Source: Pseudobacteriovorax sp. (GTDB taxonomy: Bacteria > Bdellovibrionota_B > Oligoflexia > Oligoflexales > Oligoflexaceae). From it: a stretch of 64,000 bases of DNA. The number at the start of each line of letters is the position of its first letter. Within the stretch, counting starts at the first letter, position 1. The position numbers and the translations under genes are program-made. The notes under the pieces were generated by a model, which worked only from the letters and a program-made list of their open reading frames with translations, had not been told where the DNA came from and did no database searches. Shown one piece after another: positions 39,337 to 48,288 of the stretch. Location of the stretch: assembly GCA_050293845.1 (NCBI GenBank), contig JBNKNM010000009.1, positions 1 through 64,000 of the forward strand, in the 5' to 3' direction.

Positions 39337-41397
39337 ATGATCGATATTTCCGGGCTAAATGAACAGCAACACGAAGCTGTCACTACTATTCATGGACCCG
39401 TCATGATCCTCGCAGGAGCTGGAACTGGAAAAACCCGAGTGATTACAGTAAGAATTGGTCATATGATAAGCCAAGGGATTTCACCAAGTCAGATTGTAGC
39501 CCTTACCTTCACCAATAAAGCAGCCCGCGAAATGAAGGAAAGGGTCAAATCCCTAGTTCGTAGCAATTCTTCGGGTTTAACTGTCGGTACCTTTCACTCG
39601 TTTTGCATCCGCTTACTACGTAGGTTTGCCTCAGATGCAGGGCTAGACAAGCACTTCACTTTAGCCGGAACGTCCGATCAACTCGATCTTATCAGACGCT
39701 CTTTAGAAGAACATAATTGGAATGGCCTTTATAAACCAGAGGATATCTTGGCTCGCATCAGCCGGGCGAAGAATGCTTTGCTCACCCCAGAAAACCTTCT
39801 AGAAAAGGCGGAGTCATTTCATGATGAAGACCCCAGCTTTCTGCAGCAGGTTTATGGAGTTTATGAACGGCAGCTTCGCTTAAATCGGGTGATTGATTTT
39901 GATGACTGCATCTTAAAAACTGCCATTTTATTAGAAACATCAGCAGAAACACGCGCCACCATCCGCAATGAGCTGACCCATTTTTTAGTTGATGAATTCC
40001 AGGACACTAACTTTGCTCAGTTAAGGATACTTGAACTATTGGCGGAAGGTTCAGGGAATATCTGCGTTGTCGGAGACGATGATCAATCAATCTATAGCTG
40101 GCGGGGCGCGATGGTAGAAACTTTGGATCGTTTTGAAAAAATTTTTCCTGCTACGAAGTTGATTAAATTGGAACAAAACTATCGCTGCACCAATATTATT
40201 CTGAATGCTGCGAACACGGTTATCCGCAACAATTCGGGGCGCAAAGAAAAAACCCTCTGGTCCACCTCTGAAAGTGAAGAGTATATCTCCTTAACAGCAA
40301 AGCCAGACGATGTTGAAGAGGCAAAATGGATTGCTGATAAGTGCTTTGGGCTTCTAGGGCAAGGTTATCAGCCGAAAGACATTGGTATCCTATATCGCGC
40401 AAACTCCCAAGCTCGCGCCATCGAAACAGCACTAAGGGAGCGTAATATTGTCTATAAGGTGTATGGTGGTTCCAGTTTTTTTGAACGTAAAGAAGTCAAA
40501 GATTTTCTTGCGTATTTTAAGCTTTCTCTTAATGTACACGATCGCATGAGTTTCTGGCGGGTGATCAATACTCCTGCAAGGGGTGTTGGCCTCAAAACCC
40601 TGGAAAAAATCGAACATATGTCACAGCTTGAAAAAATATCTCCTTTCGAAGTCGTCAATCGCAAGCTGGTCCCATTGATAGGAAAAGCCCAATCCCAAGT
40701 CGAAGAATTTGCAACTAACATATTGCAACAGTCCAAGTGGCCCATTATTCACATTGATGACTTAGAAAAAAGAGGCCATGAAATAATCGATAGCTTTGGC
40801 TTGATCGCAGATATTCGTCATAAAACCAGTCATGAAGGCGCTAAAAAACGCAAGTTAGAGTCACTGCGGCGGCTCCCAGCCTGGATTAAAACTATTGGTG
40901 AAAATCAAGTCGAAGACAAGGGACGATTGAATCTGCTTGAGCTATTAGACCAGCTCACGCTATCGGATGATCAAGGTCATAAAAATGATAAGGGACCCGA
41001 AAATCACGTTTCTCTGATGACCATCCATGGCTCAAAGGGGCTTGAATTTCCTGCAGTGTTTGTTTGTGGGCTAGAGGATGAATTGCTACCTCATAAAAAC
41101 AGCCTTAACGTTGCCCATGGTATTGCCGAAGAGAGGCGCTTGTTCTATGTAGCTGTTACCCGCGCCAAGCAAAAATTGCACCTAAGTTTTGCCCGCGAGC
41201 GCTATTCCAACTTTCAAAAACAAACCCGTAAACCGAGTAGATTTTTACAGGAACTACCTAGCGAAGGGGTGGTTGCAGATACTGCACTAGATAAGCTATC
41301 CCATCTCACCACAGCAGAGGAGAGAAAGCATAATAATCAGAAACGACTGACGGATTTGAAGAACCGTCTTAAAAGCGGCTTTCAAGAAAAAAGCTAA
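39337..41397 (+). CDS. UvrD/Rep/PcrA-family ATP-dependent DNA helicase
   Basis: AGAGTGKT, TFTNKAA, VDEFQDTN, VGDDDQSIY, LEQNYR, TIHGSKGLEF, EERRLFYVAVTRA. Confidence 0.95.
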   Translation: MIDISGLNEQQHEAVTTIHGPVMILAGAGTGKTRVITVRIGHMISQGISPSQIVALTFTNKAAREMKERVKSLVRSNSSGLTVGTFHSFCIRLLRRFASDAGLDKHFTLAGTSDQLDLIRRSLEEHNWNGLYKPEDILARISRAKNALLTPENLLEKAESFHDEDPSFLQQVYGVYERQLRLNRVIDFDDCILKTAILLETSAETRATIRNELTHFLVDEFQDTNFAQLRILELLAEGSGNICVVGDDDQSIYSWRGAMVETLDRFEKIFPATKLIKLEQNYRCTNIILNAANTVIRNNSGRKEKTLWSTSESEEYISLTAKPDDVEEAKWIADKCFGLLGQGYQPKDIGILYRANSQARAIETALRERNIVYKVYGGSSFFERKEVKDFLAYFKLSLNVHDRMSFWRVINTPARGVGLKTLEKIEHMSQLEKISPFEVVNRKLVPLIGKAQSQVEEFATNILQQSKWPIIHIDDLEKRGHEIIDSFGLIADIRHKTSHEGAKKRKLESLRRLPAWIKTIGENQVEDKGRLNLLELLDQLTLSDDQGHKNDKGPENHVSLMTIHGSKGLEFPAVFVCGLEDELLPHKNSLNVAHGIAEERRLFYVAVTRAKQKLHLSFARERYSNFQKQTRKPSRFLQELPSEGVVADTALDKLSHLTTAEERKHNNQKRLTDLKNRLKSGFQEKS

Positions 41398-42287
41398 TCG
41401 GGGTCTATATCGATAATACCCTTGCTTTTTACAAATTTTGTTAGGTTCTTGATAACTTTCGCTTCAAGCTGCCGGGCTCTCTCGCGGCTGATACTATAGC
41501 GATCACCAATTTCTTGAAGTGTCAAAGGATTCTGTGACATTATTCTTTCATCAAAAATTTCTAGATCTCGCCCCTGAAGAGTTTCACGAAATTCTGTCAG
41601 ATGCTCTTGAAATAATTCTTTCACTTCTTGGGCGGCTAATGAGTCCTCGGCACTGACAGTGGCAGCAGGGATGAGGGACCCTCTAGTCATGCTTTCACCG
41701 CCATATTCCGTAGTCACAGGAGCATCTAAGGAAAAATCAGGTGCGGAAAGTCGCATTTGCATCTCAATAACTTCTTTTTCTTTTACGTCCAGGTTTTTTG
41801 CTAGTAGTTTCGTATCGATGCGATCGTATTCAGCTAGGAGCTTATCAGCCTCTTTTTTAAGATTGAAAAAAAGTTTTCTCTGGGCGGCTGTAGTACCAAT
41901 TTTAACCTGGCTCTTGTTATCCATGATATGCTTTAGGATAAAGGCACGGATCCACCAAGCCGCATAACTCGATAGCTTAACGCCTTTGTAAGGATTAAAT
42001 TTCTTAACGGCTTGCATAAGGCCGTAATTCCCTTCTTGAATGAGGTCTAGCATATTAACCTGAGCCTGACGAAAGTCATTGGCTATTTTTACAACCAGGC
42101 GGAGATTGGACGTTACAAGTCGATGAGCAGCTGTTATATCTTCGTCCTCAAAATGCTGACGGGCGGTTTCAAACTCCTCCTCCGGTGATAGCAGTGGATA
42201 TTTTGCAATTTCTTGCAAATAAAGTTGCAGAGGAGTGAGTTTTGCGACAGCTTGACCAACCTGTGTGCTAGGTAAATTTTGACTCAT
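41394..42287 (-). CDS. rpoH: RNA polymerase sigma-32 factor
   Basis: SNLRLVVKIA, DLIQEGN, RpoH box QRKLFFNL, SRERARQLE; ATG at 42287 after AAGG. Confidence 0.9.
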   Translation of the reverse strand: MSQNLPSTQVGQAVAKLTPLQLYLQEIAKYPLLSPEEEFETARQHFEDEDITAAHRLVTSNLRLVVKIANDFRQAQVNMLDLIQEGNYGLMQAVKKFNPYKGVKLSSYAAWWIRAFILKHIMDNKSQVKIGTTAAQRKLFFNLKKEADKLLAEYDRIDTKLLAKNLDVKEKEVIEMQMRLSAPDFSLDAPVTTEYGGESMTRGSLIPAATVSAEDSLAAQEVKELFQEHLTEFRETLQGRDLEIFDERIMSQNPLTLQEIGDRYSISRERARQLEAKVIKNLTKFVKSKGIIDIDPD

Positions 42288-42324
42288 CGTGAACCTTTTT
42301 GTAAGCCAACATAAGGACGTACAT

Positions 42325-43248
42325 ATGTCTGGAATCGGGATCATAGCAAATCCCCACTCTAAATTAAACAAACGAAATCCTACCATAATACGTCAACTGG
42401 AATCCATCTGTATCGGTAGGGCAAAGTTCACTAAAACTAATAATATTATTGAATTAGAGCGGTGTTTGGCCGATTATTCTGCATCCTCGGTTCATACATT
42501 GGGTATTTGTGGGGGGGATGGCACCATCTCCCAAACCCTTAATGTTCTCCTGAAAGTCTTTCCCCATGATAAGTACCCGCAGATCTTACTGCTTCGCGGG
42601 GGCACCATGAACCTCATTGCCAACGAGCTACATTTAAGAGGCCGCCCTCCTAGTATTCTAACACGTTTTTTCTCTGCAGCTACAAAAGGAAATTACCGTA
42701 CTCAAAAACTAGTATCACTGCAAGTTAACGATCGTATTGGATTTATCTATGCCGATGGTTCTCATCTCGCTATTCTTGAGCAGTTCTACTTAAAAAAATC
42801 AAGCTCACTGGGAGCTTTTTGGTTGGGGATAAAAATTATGTGTTCCTATCTGATTCGCGGAAAACTATATGATAAGATCATTAATACAATGCCATTCTCC
42901 ATCCCCGCTCACCCCGAAGCCCCCCAAGTATCGCTTGGAAATATAGCTGGAACTATTAGCCATCTTCCCCTAGGACTTCCCTTATTACCCTTGGTAGGCA
43001 AATTTCCTGGGTGTTTTCAATTTAACCTGATCACCTGCTCCAAGAAAAAACTTCTATGGTTCCTTCCCTTCCTTATGATAAAACATAAAAAAGGAAATTC
43101 ATTGGGAAAATTCACCTTCTGTGAAAAAAAACTTCATATCGACTTTGGTGGTAGCATAAAATTTACTCTTGATGGCGAAGTCCATACATCCCCCGAAGGA
43201 GAAATGAGGTTTTCCACAGGTCCATCATTTACATTTATAAAACCTTAA
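42325..43248 (+). CDS. Diacylglycerol kinase catalytic-domain family protein
   Basis: IIANPHS, CGGDGT, GGTMN, FTLDGE; ATG at 42325 after AAGGA. Confidence 0.85.
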   Translation: MSGIGIIANPHSKLNKRNPTIIRQLESICIGRAKFTKTNNIIELERCLADYSASSVHTLGICGGDGTISQTLNVLLKVFPHDKYPQILLLRGGTMNLIANELHLRGRPPSILTRFFSAATKGNYRTQKLVSLQVNDRIGFIYADGSHLAILEQFYLKKSSSLGAFWLGIKIMCSYLIRGKLYDKIINTMPFSIPAHPEAPQVSLGNIAGTISHLPLGLPLLPLVGKFPGCFQFNLITCSKKKLLWFLPFLMIKHKKGNSLGKFTFCEKKLHIDFGGSIKFTLDGEVHTSPEGEMRFSTGPSFTFIKP

Positions 43249-43263
43249 ATAGAAGATTTTTTT

Positions 43264-44337
43264 ATGGAAACCAGTAAAGTTGCTCAAGAAAGTTTTCTCG
43301 CTAAAAAGCGCCATAACGCTCTACCTCCTCCTCCCCCTCGGGCCTTATGTAATGCTCTCGGTGTCGAAGAAATCACCGTAGAATGGTTGGCCGGGGATGG
43401 TTCAGATCGATGCTATTATCGGCTCAGCTCACCGGAATTGCTGAATACTTATGTCCTCATGCAATTGTCAGGTCAAGATGCTCTTGCCCTTAAGGAAAAT
43501 GGTTATGAATGGATTCAAATCGGCAATATATTGAGTCGCAATGATATTTTTGTCCCTAAGACTGTAGCAACGATCCCCGAATTTGCAGCCATTGTTATCG
43601 AAGACTATGGCAACATCATGATGGAATCTGTAGCTCACGATCTGGTGGCACGCGGTCTTTGGAAAGAACTCTTAGAGTATTACTTAAATGCTTTTAAAAT
43701 TATTACCAAATTCCTAAGCTTAAAGGGAACAAAGGGGGAACCATGGACCAAAAGACGCTTCGATCATGAACGTTTTCACTGGGAATTAAAATTCTTTCAA
43801 AACGAATTCCTACTTCCTGTCACCAATATTCATTTGAATCATCAAGAGCAAAAATTATTTAACATCGATGCAAAAGCTATCAGTTCATACTTAGCAGAAT
43901 CATCAAATTTCTTTGTCCACCGGGACTATCATTCGCGAAATTTGATGATAAAAAATAATCGTATCGCTGTCATCGATTTTCAAGATGCTCGTTTTGGACC
44001 TCCTAGCTATGACTTAGTATCCTTATGTTTCGATTCTTATGTACCACTACAACTGGAAAAACGTCAGGAACTAGTGAAACTATTTCTTGATAACAATAAA
44101 AATCTCAACCAGGAATTCGTTGACAAAATCGAGCAAACTTGGAGGCCAATGCTGCTACAAAGACAGCTCAAAGCCATCGGCAGTTTTGGTTACCTATCTA
44201 TTAAAAAGAACCATGGTAATTATCTGAGATATGTAAAGCCGGCGATACAAACCCTTCGCGAGGATTTTGTAGCAGATAGTCGTTGGCCTTTTATATCCTG
44301 TGAACTGATCAATAGGATTCAAAATAAAATAGGATAG
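43264..44337 (+). CDS. amgK: Anomeric MurNAc/GlcNAc kinase (APH-fold phosphotransferase)
   Basis: LAGDGSDRCYYR, HRDYHSRNLM, IDFQDARFGP..YDLVSL, QRQLKAIGSF; paired with a nucleotidyltransferase. Confidence 0.85.
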   Translation: METSKVAQESFLAKKRHNALPPPPPRALCNALGVEEITVEWLAGDGSDRCYYRLSSPELLNTYVLMQLSGQDALALKENGYEWIQIGNILSRNDIFVPKTVATIPEFAAIVIEDYGNIMMESVAHDLVARGLWKELLEYYLNAFKIITKFLSLKGTKGEPWTKRRFDHERFHWELKFFQNEFLLPVTNIHLNHQEQKLFNIDAKAISSYLAESSNFFVHRDYHSRNLMIKNNRIAVIDFQDARFGPPSYDLVSLCFDSYVPLQLEKRQELVKLFLDNNKNLNQEFVDKIEQTWRPMLLQRQLKAIGSFGYLSIKKNHGNYLRYVKPAIQTLREDFVADSRWPFISCELINRIQNKIG

Positions 44338-44340
44338 ATC

Positions 44341-45294
44341 ATGAGAGCATTAGTCCTAGCCGCAGGACTCGGCACCCGCTTAAAGCCATTGACCAATGAC
44401 CGTCCCAAACCGTTATGTCCATTTTTTGGTATTCCCTTCATCGACCTTGCCATTCACCGCTTATCTGGAATTCAAAATATTGCTGTGAATACACACTATC
44501 GCTCAAACATGTTGATTGAGCATCTAAACAATGTTTATTCACAAAAGCTATTTATTGCTCCAGAAGATCCTATTCGCGGTACAGGAGGAGCCATTTATCC
44601 ACTAAAACCATGGCTTAAGAAAGATGACTCCTTGGTAATCTATAATGCTGACATCATCAGCGATATAGATATTACAGCGCTCATCGAGCAACACCAGCAG
44701 AACCAGGCTATAGCAACCATGGTATTGCTTCGCCAACCTATTGTAGGAAAGACACCCATTTTCTATGATAATGACCGCGTGGTCGACATTGGACAAACCA
44801 GCAACTCTGTAAACTTTACGACCTTTTCTGGAGTCCATATCCTCTCGGCTGACTTTATCGAGCAAATCCCTAAAAAAGTTCCTTGGAGCATCATTGATAC
44901 CTACAGGGAATTGATTAGTAAGGGTGCTATTATTAAAGCTTACTTCCATAGCGGTTATTGGGCAGACCTGGGCACACCAAAGGATCTTTGGCGAGGACAT
45001 TTGGATGTTACTACCAGTCCTGATCCTGAGCTGCTTTCGCAAAAGCTCGGTATTACTTCATTGCGTCAGAGAAAAAAACTTATACCACTTAAGTTTCTCA
45101 CTGATGAACAGTCATGTATAAGCATAAACACTAGCTATACAAAGGCACTGCCCTATCAATCCTTTGTTGATACACATGATCAGACTATACATCAATCTAT
45201 TGATCAGTCATTGGTTATAGCAAGTTCTGTAGATACTCTTGGAGGAAATATTCACAGGAAGATTATACTGGATGATCTGGGATGGGAGTTTTAG
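44341..45294 (+). CDS. murU: MurNAc-1-phosphate uridylyltransferase-like nucleotidyltransferase
   Basis: LAAGLGTRLKPLT..RPKPL, GTGGA, NAD, WADLGTP; adjacent to amgK. Confidence 0.78.
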   Translation: MRALVLAAGLGTRLKPLTNDRPKPLCPFFGIPFIDLAIHRLSGIQNIAVNTHYRSNMLIEHLNNVYSQKLFIAPEDPIRGTGGAIYPLKPWLKKDDSLVIYNADIISDIDITALIEQHQQNQAIATMVLLRQPIVGKTPIFYDNDRVVDIGQTSNSVNFTTFSGVHILSADFIEQIPKKVPWSIIDTYRELISKGAIIKAYFHSGYWADLGTPKDLWRGHLDVTTSPDPELLSQKLGITSLRQRKKLIPLKFLTDEQSCISINTSYTKALPYQSFVDTHDQTIHQSIDQSLVIASSVDTLGGNIHRKIILDDLGWEF

Positions 45295-45444
45295 AAATTT
45301 GGTGCTTAAAGGGTCTTATTTTTAAATTCGCTTTATAATAAGTCTTACTGTTGCAAGTTATTATTCAAGAGATCTTTAAAATAAATTCCTTTTAGCAGCT
45401 CAGTAATATGGATTACAGTTTTTATACTATTCGATCAGTTTTCT

Positions 45445-46644
45445 TCAAATTACTGGCGCATACCCTACTCTAGCTTTATCTAGGCTAGCAAAATCTTCGT
45501 TTACACTACTTTCAGATATATCAACTACTCGGTCAAGACTAATACTATCTACAGAAATTTCTGCGTTGATGGTCTCATAGTTAGTTGATTCTAATTCGAC
45601 GTCTTTTGTATTTTCCACAATTTTTTCTTGATTACTGTCATCGGTACTAGCAACTACTGATGGTGATACATAGTAAAGAACAGAACCAGCAACAAGCTTA
45701 TCTGGGTTGGCAATGGTATCGTTGTGTCGCCAGATCAACTTCCAGTTTCCTGGGTTTCCCAAAACACGGCTAGCAATAGTGGACAAAGTATCTCCTTGCT
45801 CAACACGAACTTCAGATCTGGTAACCGACTCATAGGCTGATGCAAATGTCCTAGTTTGCTCGGTAAGTTGGTAGTAGACCACGTCACCTGGGTAGATGAG
45901 CCTTGGATTGGCAATACCAGTAAAGTCAGCGATTTCAGTCCATTTGGAAGGCTCGCCATAGATCTTGGTAGCGATTTTGGCAAGGGTGTCACCACGCTGG
46001 ACAATATAGGACATTTTTGAACCAAGTTCCGGCAGACCTGGAGCTAGGGGAGATCCTGTCGTGGCCATGGTCTGCTGCTGCTGCATCGCATCCATCTGCA
46101 TATTTTGCTGCATCGCATCCATTTGCATATTTTGCTGCATGGGCTGCTGTTGCAAATCTTGGTTCTGTCCCAACATATCATTGCCCAAATTTTGCTGCAT
46201 CGTCAAATCTTGATTCTGCATCATTTGATTATTGAGAGGCTGCCCCAGTTGGTTCTGGTCCATCATAGGATTATTATTTAATCCTTGATTCATATCCTGC
46301 ATACCCATTTGGTTAGGGTTTACGTTATTCATTTCCTCCATGATTTGTTGCAGTTCACCTTCTCCTTGTAAGCCTTGATTGAGTTGATTCATATCTTGGC
46401 CATTCAGGGTTTGATTTCCTGCATTATTGAAAAACTGATTGTTGGCTTCATTGTTAAAGCCCGCATTCTCCATGTTTTCCATGTTCTCTTCTTTTTGATC
46501 CTGCTGATCGTCTTCCTGATCCTGTTGATCGTCCTCTTGCACAAACTCTTCCTCAATCTCCTCTTCATCCGTCGTTGAGCACGATGTGGAAATCATGGGA
46601 AGCCCAAGCAGCAGACAAAAAATCAGTATCTTATGAATCTTCAT
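45445..46644 (-). CDS. Lipoprotein with a Q/N/M-rich low-complexity region and two LysM domains
   Basis: Lipobox STSC; YIVQRGDTLAKIA..IANPRLIYPG and VRVEQGDTLSTIA..IANPDKLVAG; GGAGG RBS before ATG 46644. Confidence 0.85.
   Translation of the reverse strand: MKIHKILIFCLLLGLPMISTSCSTTDEEEIEEEFVQEDDQQDQEDDQQDQKEENMENMENAGFNNEANNQFFNNAGNQTLNGQDMNQLNQGLQGEGELQQIMEEMNNVNPNQMGMQDMNQGLNNNPMMDQNQLGQPLNNQMMQNQDLTMQQNLGNDMLGQNQDLQQQPMQQNMQMDAMQQNMQMDAMQQQQTMATTGSPLAPGLPELGSKMSYIVQRGDTLAKIATKIYGEPSKWTEIADFTGIANPRLIYPGDVVYYQLTEQTRTFASAYESVTRSEVRVEQGDTLSTIASRVLGNPGNWKLIWRHNDTIANPDKLVAGSVLYYVSPSVVASTDDSNQEKIVENTKDVELESTNYETINAEISVDSISLDRVVDISESSVNEDFASLDKARVGYAPVI
46081..46140. repeat. 27-bp in-frame tandem repeat (about 2.2 copies) encoding MQQNMQMDA
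   Basis: ctgcatcgcatccat(c/t)tgcatattttg x2 plus ctgcat. Confidence 0.9.
46496..46537. repeat. 21-bp in-frame tandem repeat encoding EDDQQDQ twice
   Basis: tgatcctgctgatcgtcttcc / tgatcctgttgatcgtcctct. Confidence 0.8.
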
Positions 46645-46741
46645 CGGTAATAATCCTCCAAGCAAAGTTACACATCAATCTCACCATAGGCAAACCCTCC
46701 TTCTTTCCGGCATAAAAATATGAAAGATAATGCACCGTTTA

Positions 46742-46768
46742 TGATCGGACGAATTTCATTCTTCTTTA
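46742..46768 (-). promoter_or_regulatory. Sigma-28-like promoter for the LysM lipoprotein gene
   Basis: Minus strand TAAA-N15-TCCGATCA, with extended TAAAG. Confidence 0.6.
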
Positions 46769-46840
46769 ACTATTTCAATACCTAATTGGCTTAGCTACAA
46801 GAGGTATCCCTTGCCCTCAAGAATAAGGCTGTTTTACCTG

Positions 46841-46868
46841 GTCACAGCCTGCTCACAGCCTAGTCACA
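46841..46868. promoter_or_regulatory. Three direct repeats at 11-bp period; candidate transcription-factor site
   Basis: GTCACA(46841), CTCACA(46852), GTCACA(46863); the first two share an AGCCT extension. Confidence 0.5.
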
Positions 46869-47060
46869 TTTTTTTATTATCTTGAATTTACTTGATATTT
46901 TTGATTAGACAGATGATCTAGGAAAAACCTTCCCTAGCTGTTTAAATGAGAGTAGGGCAATTTATCTTCTACAGTGATGATTTCACAAGACTTAAGTTAC
47001 AGTGGCTCACGTCTTTTTGATATGTAAAGTATTTTATAAGATGACAAAAAGGAAACTATA

Positions 47061-48029
47061 TTGCAGGAATTTGAACATATTACAGTCTTAGAGCAAGAGC
47101 TCGTAAATAGCTTAGATCTGAAGCGCGGGGATATTGCTGTGGATTGCACCGCAGGCGGTGGCGGGCATACCGCTCTTCTATTAGCAGCTGTTGGACCACG
47201 CGGTCGCGTCTATGCCTTTGACCGCGACCCAACAGCCCTCACTCACCTCAAAAATCGATTTTCTCTAGAAATCGCAAACGAGAACCTGATACTGGTCAAT
47301 CGACCCTTTTCAGAACTGACGGCTGTAGCCATCCAATATCAATTAGAACACCGTATTGCAGGAATCTGTGCTGACATTGGTGTGTCCAGTCCCCAAGTTG
47401 ATCTAGCAAACAGGGGATTCTCATTTACGAAAGATGGCCCCTTGGACATGAGAATGGATCAAAGTCAAGAGCTTACAGCAGCGAAGGTGGTCAATGAGTT
47501 TTCGGAGTCGGAACTAAGAAAGCTTTTCTATGAATTGGGAGAAGAGCCGAAAGCCCCCTTTGTGGCCAGAGCGATTATTCAGCATCGTGCTGAAAAACCC
47601 ATTGCAACGACCTTCGAACTAGCGGATCTAGTTAAGGCCGCCATACACTATAAAAAGCAGAGTAAGAAGCACCCTGCCACCAAGGTATTTCAAGCCCTAC
47701 GTATTTTTGTTAACGGCGAACTCAACGAGTTGCGCTCCCTTTGTAACGATGCCTTTTCCTTAATCAAACCGGGTGGTCGTTTTGGAGTTATCACCTTTCA
47801 CTCCTTAGAGGATCGGTTGGTAAAAGATAAGTTTAAAGAGCTAGGCCGCGGCAAGAAAATCCCTCGTCACCTGCAGCGCGCCCCCTTAACCCAGGATCGC
47901 ATCGATCAATTAAAAGATATAAGAGCCCATATCATAAAACCATTTCCCATAATACCTACCCCAGAAGAGCAAAATTTTAACCCGCGATCAAGAAGTGCTA
48001 AACTTAGAGTAATTGAAAAAATAGGATAA
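47061..48029 (+). CDS. rsmH: 16S rRNA m4C1402 methyltransferase
   Basis: HITVL, DCTAGGGGH, DIGVSSPQ, RGFSF..DGPLDMRM, FQALRI, TFHSLEDR, NPRSRSAKLR. Confidence 0.97.
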   Translation: MQEFEHITVLEQELVNSLDLKRGDIAVDCTAGGGGHTALLLAAVGPRGRVYAFDRDPTALTHLKNRFSLEIANENLILVNRPFSELTAVAIQYQLEHRIAGICADIGVSSPQVDLANRGFSFTKDGPLDMRMDQSQELTAAKVVNEFSESELRKLFYELGEEPKAPFVARAIIQHRAEKPIATTFELADLVKAAIHYKKQSKKHPATKVFQALRIFVNGELNELRSLCNDAFSLIKPGGRFGVITFHSLEDRLVKDKFKELGRGKKIPRHLQRAPLTQDRIDQLKDIRAHIIKPFPIIPTPEEQNFNPRSRSAKLRVIEKIG

Positions 48030-48033
48030 TCTC

Positions 48034-48288
48034 GTGCGTCTACAAATAATAGATAAAATTATATTTATGGGACTGGTTGCGTTTGCCCTGGGAACCGCAT
48101 ATATCCGTATCAGCTCAACCCTTATGGGGTATGATATTGGTGAGATGAAAAATCAGGAATCTCTGTTATTACAGGAACGTAGCCGGTTAAATATGGAACT
48201 AGCAAAGTTGACTAGTAAACGAAATTTATCCATACTGGCTGCAAGAAATAAGAAACCCGAACCTACAGAAATTTTGGCAGCTTATTGA
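48034..48288 (+). CDS. ftsL: Cell division protein FtsL-like
   Basis: Small TM plus coiled coil between rsmH and ftsI. Confidence 0.65.
   Translation: MRLQIIDKIIFMGLVAFALGTAYIRISSTLMGYDIGEMKNQESLLLQERSRLNMELAKLTSKRNLSILAARNKKPEPTEILAAY

Noticed and set aside
45295..45444. AT-rich gap between murU and the LysM gene as an RNA gene or insertion scar
   Set aside because: No tRNA-like motifs, stable hairpin or target-site duplication seen
46081..46537. Tandem repeats as a CRISPR array or mobile-element ends
   Set aside because: In-frame coding duplications without spacers; no cas or transposase genes in the window
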